A stretch of 64,000 nucleotides of DNA from Antedon mediterranea. Its lineage: Eukaryota > Animalia > Echinodermata. The stretch is from NCBI RefSeq assembly GCF_964355755.1, contig NC_092676.1, positions 27,112,871-27,176,870 of the forward strand. The letters run 5' to 3'. This document shows positions 27,001 through 40,200 of this stretch, piece by piece. Every line of letters begins with the position of its first letter. The first letter of the stretch is position 1. The notes beneath the pieces were generated by a model. It was not told the origin of the DNA and ran no database searches. It saw only the letters and a list, made by a program, of their open reading frames with translations. The translations under genes and the position numbers were made by a program.

Positions 27001-30000
27001 TATTAAATCTTCAGAAACGCATTCAAAAATAAAATCAACAGTGGTTTGGAAATTATTGAACAGAGTTGAACTTTAAACTTTAAAAGAAATTGACTAAAGT
27101 CAAAGAACAATTATTAAATTATATATCTCAAAAGCTATGGTCTTTTAAAAGTTTTTTTTTTACAAATGTATTGTAGAAACTTTTAAGTACTGTATACTAT
27201 ATAGTTATTTTAGTTATATTTTAAATCATACTTTTAAAATGTGTAATTTGACATATTATTACTGAAAGCTTTGAATGAATAAAGGTAAGTTACCTCACAA
27301 AAGAGAGAGAGAGAGAAATATCAATAACTACTTATTCAATTACAAAGAATTTTAGGAATCCTGTCTGCCTGGTTTTGTGTGATGTTTTCTTGTTTATGTC
27401 CATGTTGTTTTTATATTGTATTTTTATGAGACAAAATAAATGAAATGAAATGAAAAAGAGCAATATTCAAGACAGAGTTTTGTTTAGGAGCATACCATTT
27501 ATCAAATGTAGTAATGTGCGGATCCCCAGTTGATGAGCAGATTGTTGAACTTGGATCATCTTTGGAAATAACCTAAAAAATTTAACAATATATTTATATT
27601 ATAACCCTTTGCTGGTACAGTAGAAAAATAGCATTACAAAGAAAACTAGAAAGCCACTAAGAGAGTGCATACCTCTGCCTACTGTAAAATTCTCCTACAT
27701 AAGATTTCCCTTGGGCAAATATATATATATATTTGTGTGTTTCTTAATGCTGTTTGTGATTTAGGCTACTTTCACTACAAGGATGCGTATGCGAGTTTGG
27801 TGTAATGGTTATGTAACAAGCCTTTCAATTAACAATAGCTTTCAGTTGACTAACAATAGAAAAGCAACGCGAAAATCAAACGAGTGAATTTGAAAAGAAA
27901 TAGGTTTTTTAAACTACTCGCATCAAAAAACGTGCACATTAAATCAAATTATGTTTTAAAATTACAAATCACAAATTATAACTCTTGCCTCTTGTACAAA
28001 AATGAAGTTTTTTGGACAAGTAGTTCTCGAGAAAATGCAATTTCAGTTTACTTGTTACTTTAAGACTGCTCGCCGGCTTTTGAAAAATTCTGTCCTATTT
28101 TAACACTAGCAGGTCTGAAAAGTATACTAAGAAGTGGTCCAGAATTGGGACCATGGTCCCAAATTTTAATGGAATGGTCCCTGACCACATATCTATCTGT
28201 ACATTCATTTTGGTAAAGATCTTGTAATTATTTTTTGAGTAATCCTGCTAACAAACAAACAGACAAACAAACACACGCGACCGATTACATATACCTCCTT
28301 GGCGGAGGTAAATAAAACAAGCAGTTTGATATTGCACTGTATTATCACCTGCATATTTAAGACTGATAATACTGAATTCTAATTTATTGTTGTTGGAAAA
28401 CAAAATTAATTTATTGTACAATGTTAATTTGGAGAATAATACCATCAGGTAGCAATCACAGTACTTGAACATTTTAAATAACTGATAAAAAATATTACCA
28501 CATTTTATCTTACAAAGTAAATAAACTTCAAATTTAAATTCAATACAGCTATAAGAATTGTAGTAATAAAAAAATACATTCATTTATTGAGTTCTTTGCG
28601 AAGAAGAAATAAAACTAGAAAAAAATAAAACTTGTAGCTACGTTCTTATAGTGGTTGCTGTATACATTATCCTTTACTTACTGTGAAGTGTGGCAATTTG
28701 TTTTCTTGATTTTGCCATATCCTGGACGATTCATAAGAAAAGGTAGTCACATCCCCTTGAAACTTTAAAATTGCAATATCATCCCCATCATCAAAGTTGT
28801 CACCCTTTGCCTTGATTGAGTATGATGCAGGAGAATTATTTGTTATTTTTTGTGAACATTCAGTTTTAAATAATGCTATTGTATTTAACACTACATGAAT
28901 TTTGACTGCCGGTGTGTCTTTGTTGCTTTGATGTCGCCAAACTATCGGAAATGTTGAGTAAATGTAAATAGTTTGATCATCATCATTTTCACTGATAACA
29001 AATGTTTTATTGTTTGGTTGAATCTGAAAAATAATATGGTGATGATAATAAGATCAATCACCTAAAAATTTGATAATAGTGATGTTTATTTCATTGATTA
29101 TATTTTAAGATAACTTTCTTGTTAAAAATTAATGAAGCAAACTTTTCTATAAAATACAAAAAGAATTATGATGAATTTTCCTTTTATTAACTTACAAGAA
29201 GTCCAGCAAAAAGGATGTTGCTTTGAACTCCCAATGAAAAAATGTCATCTCCACTGTTACTAAATTTCGCTCTAACTTCACATTGAATCTAAAATATAAA
29301 GAAAGCAAATGCTTGAAATGATGAGGATGAGTTACTTATTCTATCAAAATACTATGGTACATATTGAAACTACTCGTATTAATTAAATATAATATTTTGA
29401 ATGGAATACACATTGACTGCTTTTTTATAATTTGCAACTTAGCTATTGAGCCATCTTTGTCTTTTTGAGTAAAAGTTGATTCAGACTTCAAAAGCTGTTA
29501 GATTAAGATTTTTATTTTTCTCTCTTTTGCTATGGATTTTATATTATGTCACCATGATATTCCGAAATAAAAAGATAAATGAAATGAAATGAAAAGAGAA
29601 AAAAAAAGTTTGATTGTCAACATTATTTGAAATTTGAAGAAGACTTGAAATTTTCTTAATGTGAAACAAAATGAGATTGGTGAAATTTGATAATACAATT
29701 TTAAAAAGAACATACTTCTGAGTTGAGTTTCTCATTTAGAATGCACTGGTTTGCTTCACAATCTTCACAATCACACTCATCACTAATAAACGCATCAATT
29801 TCATTCTCATTAGGTCCATTAATTGTCTCATTATAAACAAAAAGACCATTTATAAACCATTTTACAAGAAAGTCCAATTGTTCTTGATATTTGTCAGATT
29901 TATAATGGCAAACTGTTGATATTCCAGTAGGTCTCTCCTGAAAAGTTAAAGTTGTGTTTCCTTCCAATTCAGGGAGATTATCTGTAATTCAAATATGCAC

Positions 30001-31858
30001 GTCAAATCTTGGGAAAAAGTTTCTCATGCATTTTTCCTCACACATAGTTTTTAATGTGAAAAATGATAATGAAATCTACATGTTTAAAGTATAAGATAAA
30101 GAATGCATTACTTTTATCTCCAAATCCAAAACAAACCTTTACATACACTATTTTTTAACTTTCATTGCCCCATAATTCAGATAGGACATTTTAGCAGTTG
30201 GTCCTGTGTACGCACAAATACATTTTAGAAGAGAATAACTTACCACTACATGGTGGAAATGTAAATGGTAAAGTAGTTCCATTGTTGCATGGTAAAGCTG
30301 AATCTGAAGTGTTAAATATCAAATTTAATTACAATCTTTGAGAAAAAATAAAGTAAAGAAAAGAAAGGAAAAGTGCTTTCTGAAATCTTTTTTGCTATTT
30401 ATTTGAATTTACGGTATATCGTTTTCATTTAATACCTGTTTGATAATTATTTGTATCTCCATTAAGATCTAATCAAAATGTAATCAAAATATTCTTCCGA
30501 CATTTATAATTTGTATAGCACTTTTTTATTACGGTAATACTAATAATACAATACAATACAATATGATGAATTTTGAACTAAAATACCATATAATAATGTT
30601 TAAAGGTGATATTCATACCTGTACAGTAGGCCATATTTGTTCCAGGTGATGGAGAAAGAAAGTGAACATAATAGACACCTTCTGTTGAACTACATGCCTT
30701 AATGCAAATAATTTGTTTGTTTGCACATGAATCTTGACCGTTATCAACACAGGTAGTCACGGTTTTAATACCATCACCAGTTCCAGGATAAACAGTACCT
30801 GAAAATATTAAATGAAAGATATATTCTCAAATCATGTCACGGTATTTCAAGGTTTGGGTCATATCAAACACATATATATTTGGGACATCACACAGGAGCA
30901 TATTCATGATCATGATAATTAATAATCAATCAATTATTGATATTAATTATATCAATATTAAAGTTTGTGTTTGGATGATAATATACCCAGTGAGAATGCT
31001 CCTGTCATTTTGATGATCTGAATATAGCTATAAAAATGTTCTTGACACAATTATTTAAAAAAAACCAATTTTGATTTAAACTTTAGCAATAAAAATTGTT
31101 TATTGAAAAAGTAAAAGTATGATTGTGTCAATAAACAAACACAAATTACCACTTTGGAGCCGCATTGGGTATTTGGTGAAGAATAAAAGCTAATTTGATA
31201 AAATAATTTATAAAATATGAAACATTATTGTGTTTATAAATAAGGTGATAATTTGATTATTGACTACAATGATGATGATAATGACAGGTAATCAATTACC
31301 ACTTTTGAGCGACATTGGGTATTTGGTTCCACAGTGATACATTCCTGGACTAGAAGTTGGCATTTTGATATCAATCCTGTCACCCTCATTTCTAAATATA
31401 TACCAACCATGCTGAAGAGTAAAATCGTTTATATAACTATTTCCATTAGTTGTATATTGGTTACTACGATGCCAGTTAACCACATCAAGTTGTGATTTGC
31501 ACGGATCTTTAGCATTATAATGACATGCTGCAAAGAAAAAGTAGAAACTCAGAGCCTCACACTTAGGTATAAACATAGACTCAATGAAAGTCCCACCGTA
31601 AGCTTCTTGCTCACTTCAAGCCCACATCAACCTCAAAAATTGAAGTTAATTCATCCATGCTCTCCACACCTATCTTCTGTAGGTTGCCCACACACCTTAC
31701 AACCAAAATTAATAATACAACCCGACATAATTTTATGTTTTAGTGTATGGAAAATAAGATAGAAGTGAATAAAAAAAGGAAAGAAGTAGCCTACCATGTC
31801 CATTTACCAAAGACACAAAACTAGCTGAACAGAATATAAAAACTTTTAACACGTCCAT
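21004..31858 (-). CDS. VWDE-like type I membrane protein, paralog 2, with mucin-like stalk (18 coding exons)
   Basis: Signal exon 31795-31858 (MDVLKVFIFCSASFVSLVNG), D8C exons 31300-31527 and about 30619-30798, GDPH at 27516-27527, GLCGNFDG near 25300, RKKR near 24710, EGF exon about 23256-23617, Thr-rich stalk and TM exon 21502-22366, last exon 21004-21112. Intron positions match paralog 1. Confidence 0.88.
21770..22215 (-). repeat. 60-bp coding tandem repeat (20 aa, STATNQVTTDNQRTTITKSQ), about 7 copies
   Basis: Visible in ORF 21498..22466; the central copies are near identical. Confidence 0.9.
24178..24470 (-). mobile_element. Degenerate SINE related to 3905-4176
   Basis: ccaggtacacattgtacacctgggtgcagagaggcaa is the reverse complement of the SINE body, with an (ata)n tail on the left. 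Confidence 0.6.
26745..26886. mobile_element. MITE family A
   Basis: aagctctgtctacactatcaaactag...tttgatagtgt. Confidence 0.8.
27644..28311 (+). mobile_element. Non-autonomous Helentron/HINE-like element
   Basis: 5' aactagaaagccact...atacctctgcc pairs with 3' ggcggaggta. Terminal hairpin acctccttggcggaggt is preceded by an (acaa)n microsatellite. Confidence 0.65.
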
Positions 31859-32843
31859 GATCCCCAAGTTATCTTTCAGACTGTCTATCATAATAGTGGC
31901 TGTCTAAAGTTAACTAGGTACCAATTTGGGGGAATATACCTTTAGATAATATTAAGATAAAATGATTGATTACAGGTTTATTCATAATAGAGAAACTAGA
32001 TAACATTGGCACCAGGGTGGCTAAAATAATCAAAGAATGATAACTAAATGTTGTTACTTGTTTCCATGGTTTTTAACTGAGGGGAAATTTGTATCCATTT
32101 TTTCCCCATGAATTCATTAGAAGAAAAGTCCAGGAACAGAGCCACTGAGCCTGAGGTCTTGTTTTCGTGTTCTAACAATTGATTTTTTAAAATATATTAT
32201 TGATCTAAATACATAAATTACAACTATTTACATTTTGTACTGAATCTCAGTATTCACATGATGCTTTTGTTATTTAACAAGAGTAAAAGTAGTTTTTTCT
32301 CTTACCATTGTGTCATTGCTATCTTTATTAATGGAGATAGTCACTTCACTGCATCATGTTAACCATAGATTCAAATCTCACTCTCATTCAGTTTTCCAAC
32401 TAGCTTGTTCCAACTGTTTTGATTGATATTATTAATGATTAGATAATAATTAATTAATAATACTTTCATGTTATAAAATGAATATGAGAAATACAAATAT
32501 TAATTAGTTAACCTTATTTTGCTATGCAACCTTGCAACAGCTACAACAAACAATCAATTTTATATTATATTACATCACAAATTTGAATAAAATAACAAAA
32601 TAGTTTGTATTAAAACTGTTTTCTAAATAGTTTCTGATGTTTTTATCATTATTATATTTTATAATTTGTACCAACTAAGTATTTGTTATTTTTCAATATT
32701 CCTAAGAAATAGTTATTCTTTTATAGTATTGTTGAAGAATATTTTCAGTACAGTTCAACAAAATATATCGGTTTCCACAATGTTGTATAATTAACTACAA
32801 AACAATGTACCGAAAATAAGATATTTAAATGTTTGCCAATACT

Positions 32844-33010
32844 TTTCACACCTGTTCCAGCACAAATGCAATCAAACATCAATGTTTAGTTTTCACACGG
32901 CTATGCGCATATTGATTGGCGCATAGCCGCATGCAGTATCATGAAAACGAAACAATGACGTTCGATTTGATTTTCCGGTGCCAGAACCGTGCCGAAAACG
33001 TGTGAAAGAC
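32844..33010. mobile_element. Palindromic MITE family C inserted in the duplicated upstream block
   Basis: Ends tttcacac...gtgtgaaag with central ggctatgcgc...gcgcatagcc; absent from the 6742-6935 copy; relative at about 47030-47158. Confidence 0.65.
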
Positions 33011-34266
33011 CCTTTAAACTTGGACCATATAAACTATTGTCTGCAGATGTTAGCAGTATAAACAGTACTTTAGTATATCAAATGTATCATCTCATTAAAC
33101 TGATAAAGGATTGTAGAGTTGTGGAGGAGGGAAACTCCAATAAATTTCCAAGTTAAAAGTAAACAAACTTAGGTTGTCAAATATAGTTTACAGAGATTCT
33201 AATCTACAGGTTTATGTTTCATATCAGTAATTGTCAAACAAGTAACACTCTAGTACTCACTAATGTAATAAAATCAACCTTATTACCTGATTAGTTGTCA
33301 ACCACAAACATAATTAACTTCATTAATAGGTGATATAATATAATATAAGGAATTAATAAAATATCAGTAATATTGAAATAATATGTGTTCGTAATTTGTT
33401 GTGCCAAAGTTCAATTTTTTTAATGAAGGAAAAGAGTAGGCCATTATTATTAAAGACATACATTTTTTTATTACATTTTATTTAAAATTTTTACAGTGTG
33501 AACTGCATTAGACAAATGTAAACTTCTCACTATGTCATACTCTATAGTTTCAGGAAAGTTCAAACTTGTAAAACTATTTTATAATTGTTTAACCAGAGAG
33601 GGCAGCATACAATATATTTCCTATTTTCTGAAGTATTTATTATTTCATGTTAATCATGCATATAAATTAAAAGTTCATAATGTTAGGTTATTAGGCCAAA
33701 TGTTGGTGCGTGTTAACATAAATTGTTAACCAAACTGATTTGTTGTAACTGCAAACAATAATATTGTTCAAAAATTGTAGTTCTCCTTCAATTGAGTCCA
33801 GATTTTACATGAACACTAAATATAAAAAACAATCTATCTTTGTTGTTTTCACTAAAGCCTACTATTTCTGGATTTCCCCTTCTCATATTCTCATCATAAT
33901 AATTTGATTTGCTGATGTAGGCCTACTGTTTATATTACCTACTACAGTACTCACTATACACACATGTTAAATATTCGTTTGTCTGCATTACTTTTTTGGC
34001 AAATATCAAATTTGCTTAATTTCCTTCTAAAGTTGACTTTACTGTTTGACAACAAAGAAAAACTAAAAAATACCATATAAACTTATTGTTTGGTAAACTT
34101 TCCTGGGTTTTCCCTTTTAAACTTCAAATATTAATCCTGCTTAAAATATTTTATTACTTTTCCAAATAATAAAGTAAATTTGATCATCACTCCCTAGTGT
34201 GTATATATAGTGAATGTTTTAGATTAGATATCACATAACTGGACAAAAACAGGAGAAGAAAAAGTT

Positions 34267-37200
34267 ATGAAACTCTACATTGTTTTGCTATACTTTATAG
34301 CAAAATTTATTTCAATAAATGGACATGGTAAATATTTATATGTTATTGTAAGTTAGATAGCATAATTAATATTTTTCTAAATATTATTTTTCTCATCAAT
34401 CTTTTCATGTATTTTCTGTTGAATTTATACTATTATCTTTTCTTTATTATTTTAGCTCAACTTTTATCTTAATAGCTAGTTCTTATTTTTTCTATATTAA
34501 ACAAAAAAAAATCACCAATTAATATATTAGTATTACACATAAAGAAGTTGCAACCATGTTCATAAAACATCGGTTTAAAATCAGATTATTTCACAACTCA
34601 TGTTATCTATGTGTTGGTAATTTTGAGATAAAACATTAAACGTTAAGTTTTAAAAACTGCATTTTAGTGTGCGGAGGCTGAATGGTTGATATTTTTGTTT
34701 TAGATTAACGTGAAATTGTATATATTCCATTCTACAGGATGTCATTTTACAAATGATGATGATCCTTGTGACACAAACCTCAAGTTGACTGACTGGCAGC
34801 GGAGTGTCCATCATGTTGCTGATTCTGAATATATTGACGATTTCAATCTTCCAACTGGATGGTACCGACTTATGAACGAAGGTAACAGGATCAACATCAC
34901 CATGCCAACCATCAGGCAAGAGAGATATCACTGTGGAACCAAATACCCAATATGGATTGATGGTAATTAATGAAGAAAAGAATTATATTAAACAGAATTT
35001 AATTATTGTGGAGGGTTTAATCATGAATTTTCTCTTCATTTTCTCATTACATATCCAACTTCCTAACTTGCTGTGTCCCGCCATGATTTGTATGAGGGAT
35101 GCGCATACTAAAGGAAGCATCTTGGTATGTCCCTGTGATACATCATCTTTAATAGAATTTACATGTTTTTTAGGTGTTTATCCAAATCTCTCTGAGGGGT
35201 ATAAATCTCAAAAGACCTGCATTGATATTGGAAATTATGACTGTTATGAAGGACCATCAATTTGTATCAAGGCCTGCAACTCAACTGATGGTATCTACTT
35301 TGTACATCTGTTGTACAGTTCACCGGGAAGTAAAATGGCATATTGCACAGGTTTGTTTCTTTTATCAATTCTTCGCAGTTCAAAAGTATGTACAAATGAA
35401 CTAAAACTATAGACACAAAGTATGGTTATATAATATTTTGCACTCAAGATTATGGTTAGGTTCAGGTTACATATCCTAAAATCAGTGGTTGCAACCTGAA
35501 CATAGGCCTAAAACCTAAAGATAATCTCAGTAGGTGCGAAACTACAGTAGTGTCTTATATCAACAATTTTCAAATAGAGCTTCTTTTGGAGAACTTTTCT
35601 TATAAACAATGAAAATAGTTTAGATTTAGATTTATTTGTTTCCTCCCATTCTGTTATACATCCAGTATAAGTATACTGAGGTATAATGTAACGAGAGGAA
35701 GACAAACATTTAAAAAATTGAATAACACATTCTTATATTTAAATATAATTGCAGATTCTCTTCTACCTTGCCAGAATGGAACAAATTCAGGAACAGGATT
35801 TTCACCATGCAGTTGTGAGTGTTTTAAGAAGGCCTACTACATATTACCTTTATCTCATTTTAGTAAATTAACTTGACTAGTAATTACTCTCCTCACACTT
35901 GAGCGGACACAAAATGGTTTTCCAGAAATTTTTTGGAATTTTACGAATAGCAAAGAATTCAGGATCTTAGTCATTTTTTATTTCTGAAAAATCTCTGGTT
36001 TTCCATTTAGAGGGAACTGATCAGGAATTGTGTAGAAATTGTATGGGCCTAAATTAATAGTATTTCAATAATAATTAATTTTTAAAAAAAATGTATTAAT
36101 TATTGTACAGATAGCTACCCCATACTAAAAGGAAAACCAACAGTAGCATTCCAAGAAAAACCAACAGGACTTGCAGTCATATGTAATTATATAAATGGGA
36201 ATATTGATGATGAAGAAATGGATTTTCTTGTAAAGTGGTACATAAATGATCAATTTGTGTATGAGGAAGTTTATGAAAACAGTAACAATACAGTGTCTGC
36301 ATTCATTAGTGATGAACATGATTGTGGAGATGGCGAGCCTAATCAATGCATTCTAAACGAGAGACTGAACTCACATGTAAGTACCCAAGGTTCCTTCTTT
36401 CTGAACACTATTTTGATAATTAATTGAATCCCTTCATGATGGCATGCATTCCATTACTTGAAGTATTGATTACCTTTATGGCAACATTTATATACAAAAT
36501 GAAATTCCTGTATTGTATTTTAGATTCAATGTGAAATTAGAGCAAGATTCAGAAACACAAGCTATGTTGAGTTTCCACCAGGAGTCAAAAGCAACACCAT
36601 CTATGCTGGGCTTATTGTAAGTTTATAAATAGGAACATTAAATGACAATGTTAAATTTCTATTTCTTGTCTAAAATAAAACATTTGTAATCACTTTGATA
36701 TAACCTCAATGGAGATACAAAATAAAATAAGCAAAACAATTAAGTAAAACAGCAAGAAAAATTAGCAAGGGCTTTCGGGCAACACTTAATGTGTATATAT
36801 ATTGTCATCAATTAATGCCAGTGATAAAATGACAATGTTAATTACAACATTAGCTACAGACATAATAAAATGTATTTTCCAGGTTCAACCTAATGCTACT
36901 GTGACTATAAGCGAAAATGATGATGGCCAGGAATTTATTATTAAATCAACATTTCCAATAGTTTTACAAGAAGATACTCAAGAACCGGCAAAAATCAAAA
37001 TACACATTAAAAAGACAGATAAGAATAATAATAATGTAGTAAACAGCTGTTGCCAATCGATAACAAATAATGCTCCTGCCAAGTACAATGTCTTAGCAAT
37101 GCGAGACCACTACAATGATGGGGATAAATATACCTCCATCCAGTTTACAGGCGATTCTACTACTTTTCAAGAGGCATCAAGAATATGGAGAGGTCATGAA

Positions 37201-40200
37201 AATGAATTGCCACCAATCACCGTAAGTAAAGTGCTTTTTGTAATAATTTTTTGTTCGGATAGAGGATATGCTGAAGTTGTCAATTTCTTTCTGAATGTGG
37301 ATTATTATTTATATCATGCTGTGAAAATTGTAAGTTTCTATTGGAATTAACAGTAATCACAAGTTTTGGTTAAAAAGTAAAAAAAAAAAACTGTACATAG
37401 AAAATGCATTCAGTAAATAACCAGAAATGAAGGTATTACTGTTTTGTTTACACATAAAAGTTCAAAGGTAAAATAAAAATGCATCAACACTATAATACTG
37501 AAAGGATTTGTTTTCGGATACTAATAAAAGTAAACAATAAAAATGATTAAACTTTTCAAATTTATTCTTCAATTGAACACTATGTTTCTCAAAATATTGT
37601 ATGTACATCAACCTGTATTTTACATGCAGCATATAATAAATCAATTGAATTAATTGTATAGGTAATTGTAAAAGATGTTCCAAGTGATACAATATGTTCA
37701 ATAACTGGGGATCCACACATCACAACATTTGATAACTGGTAGGTTTTCATTCCTATTACTTTGGCTTCACCAATGATTTAGTGTTTGTTGATCATCTGCA
37801 TATGAGTAAGGCGCAGGATTGTTTTTGTGCTTAGACCAATATTGTGCCTAGGTGCTGCATACAAGTATGTAGAATTTTGAACCATTACACATTCAGTCTT
37901 ATTGATTACTTCTTAGTATAACAGTTTTAATTTTAAAAAATGATTAAAACCTACTCTGTTTATTTATAGGTATTATCATCTTTACGAACCTGGAGATTTC
38001 TTATTGTATAAACACAACTTCTTTCCAATACAGGTTTGTTATACAAATAATACAATTTATGTTTATCAGTTACAGTTTTTCTGAAATTTAGTCTTGTGTT
38101 CATTTATCTTATTTAAAAAAATACGCTCTTTTCTGACCATATATACAATTTTGTTTTTAATGGAGTTTATTGTTTCTGTAAAATATAGATTCAGGTGCGA
38201 GTTGTACCTTGTTGTAATTCTAGAGGTACCAACTGTGCTGTTGCATGTATATGTGGAGTTGCTGTACAAATTGGTCATACTCATCATTACATGGTTCGAT
38301 GCAATGATACCCTAGCTACCAATAAAAACCATGTAGTATACAGAAGAACTGCAACCGGTGAACTAGTTTCAACAGTACAGAAATCAGATGAAAGGGTTCG
38401 ACTCGCTACGTATGAAGATGGGAAACCAATATCTTCATCACAGATCGAACTAACAGATACAAAATATACAGTAAGTATGGTAGCACTTCAAAATCATATC
38501 TTCAACTGATCTAGGCAGTCTAATTAAAATTAATTCTCTGTAGCAAATGTTTTATAATTCCAAAAATTGTGTGATTTATGCTAGATCAAATTACCGACTG
38601 GATCAGTATTAACAGCTAGCACATATCAGAGTACATACATCCATGTGTCATTAAACGCTTCCTCTGATGATTCTGAAAATGTTGAAGGTCTGTGTGGCAA
38701 TTTTGATACAATAGATGAAAATGATGTGTGTTATAAAAATGGGAGTATTAATTATGATTGCACATCTGATTGCGAAAAAATTGGATATGATGAAGAAGCA
38801 ACAGAAGAATTTGCTAAAATTTGGAGGTAGGCCTTAAAATTTTTTTTAAATAAATTGTTATAAGCTGGTTTTGCCAACTAAATTAAATACCAATGCCAAA
38901 ATAATAAAAATAAAATATATAAAATAAATTGTTTTGTATGTCAGGGTTGATGACAGCAAGAGTTTCTTTTCTGGTAACCTTCAGTATATTGATTGGTATA
39001 AGTTTGTGTCCTATTGCTCATGTAAAAACAATACATGTGATGGTGACATAGATTGCAACTACTGCAATGGGCAACCTGACACAACATTACAATGTAGTAA
39101 TAACACAAGTGCAAGAAGAAAGAGGGCAGTAGAAGATGACTCAGATGACCTAGTTGGGGATTTTAAGTTTGGACCAATTGTTTATGATCCAAACTTTAAA
39201 AAAACGGTATTCTGAATTCTATACTTTTAGTTACAATTACTAAATTATGCAAATTTGAAATATGATACGTAGAAAATAGTTAGAACATAACAAACCATTT
39301 ATTCCAAGCTTGAAGAAATTAAAATCTATACAAGTAACATTAGAAGCTAACCATTTAAATCTAACTAGTACACTATTTTTTAAAATAGGTTCCAGAATTT
39401 CCAACTCCAAATGGTTTAACTGAAGAGATTACAAGAAATCTTTGTAATGAGACACTTGTAAATTCAACTACTTACAGTTTGTGTTTAAATGTAATCAACA
39501 ATGGTTCTGTTGTTATTGAAGATATTATTGAAGGATGTATTGTTGATGTCAAGGTAGGTTCTATAAAGTACAAATATGTATTATAATATATAGATGAAAA
39601 TTAGCTATATGAAAAATACTTTAAAAATATCTATATATATATACTGTATTTCCTGGTGGTTTGGTATGATTGTTTAAAAAATATTTTTAATAGCTAATTG
39701 ACATTATTTTTCATCCCTGTAGGTATTTGATGACGTATCTATTGCCAAAGATACAATATTAATCCTGCAGGAGCGTTGTAAGGTTGTCCTTACCAAAAAT
39801 CCATTCTATTGGGAAAAGACGGAAAATGGTACTCTAGCTCCACCTACAGATATACTAGATAAAATATGTGTAAACGAGTGCAATGGAATGGGTGAATGTG
39901 TAAATGGTACATGTCAATGTTACGATGGATTAGGAGGAAGTGATTGTTCAATCTCTCTGGTTGAACCCCCTCTAGTGTTTGCTGTTCTTGGAGATGGAAT
40001 CTGTGATGTGCAAGAAAGGCCATGTAAATCAGCAAAAGTTTTTGGTAAAAACTTTTTGGAAGAAATGAATATCACCTGTCATCTACAACACATTGGTGTA
40101 AGTTTTTAATCTATATTTGGACTTTTGTGTCCATTAAATGGAAAAAAAAAATATTTGCATTCTCACTTACAATGGCTAGTCATGGAGCAATATTTTTATC

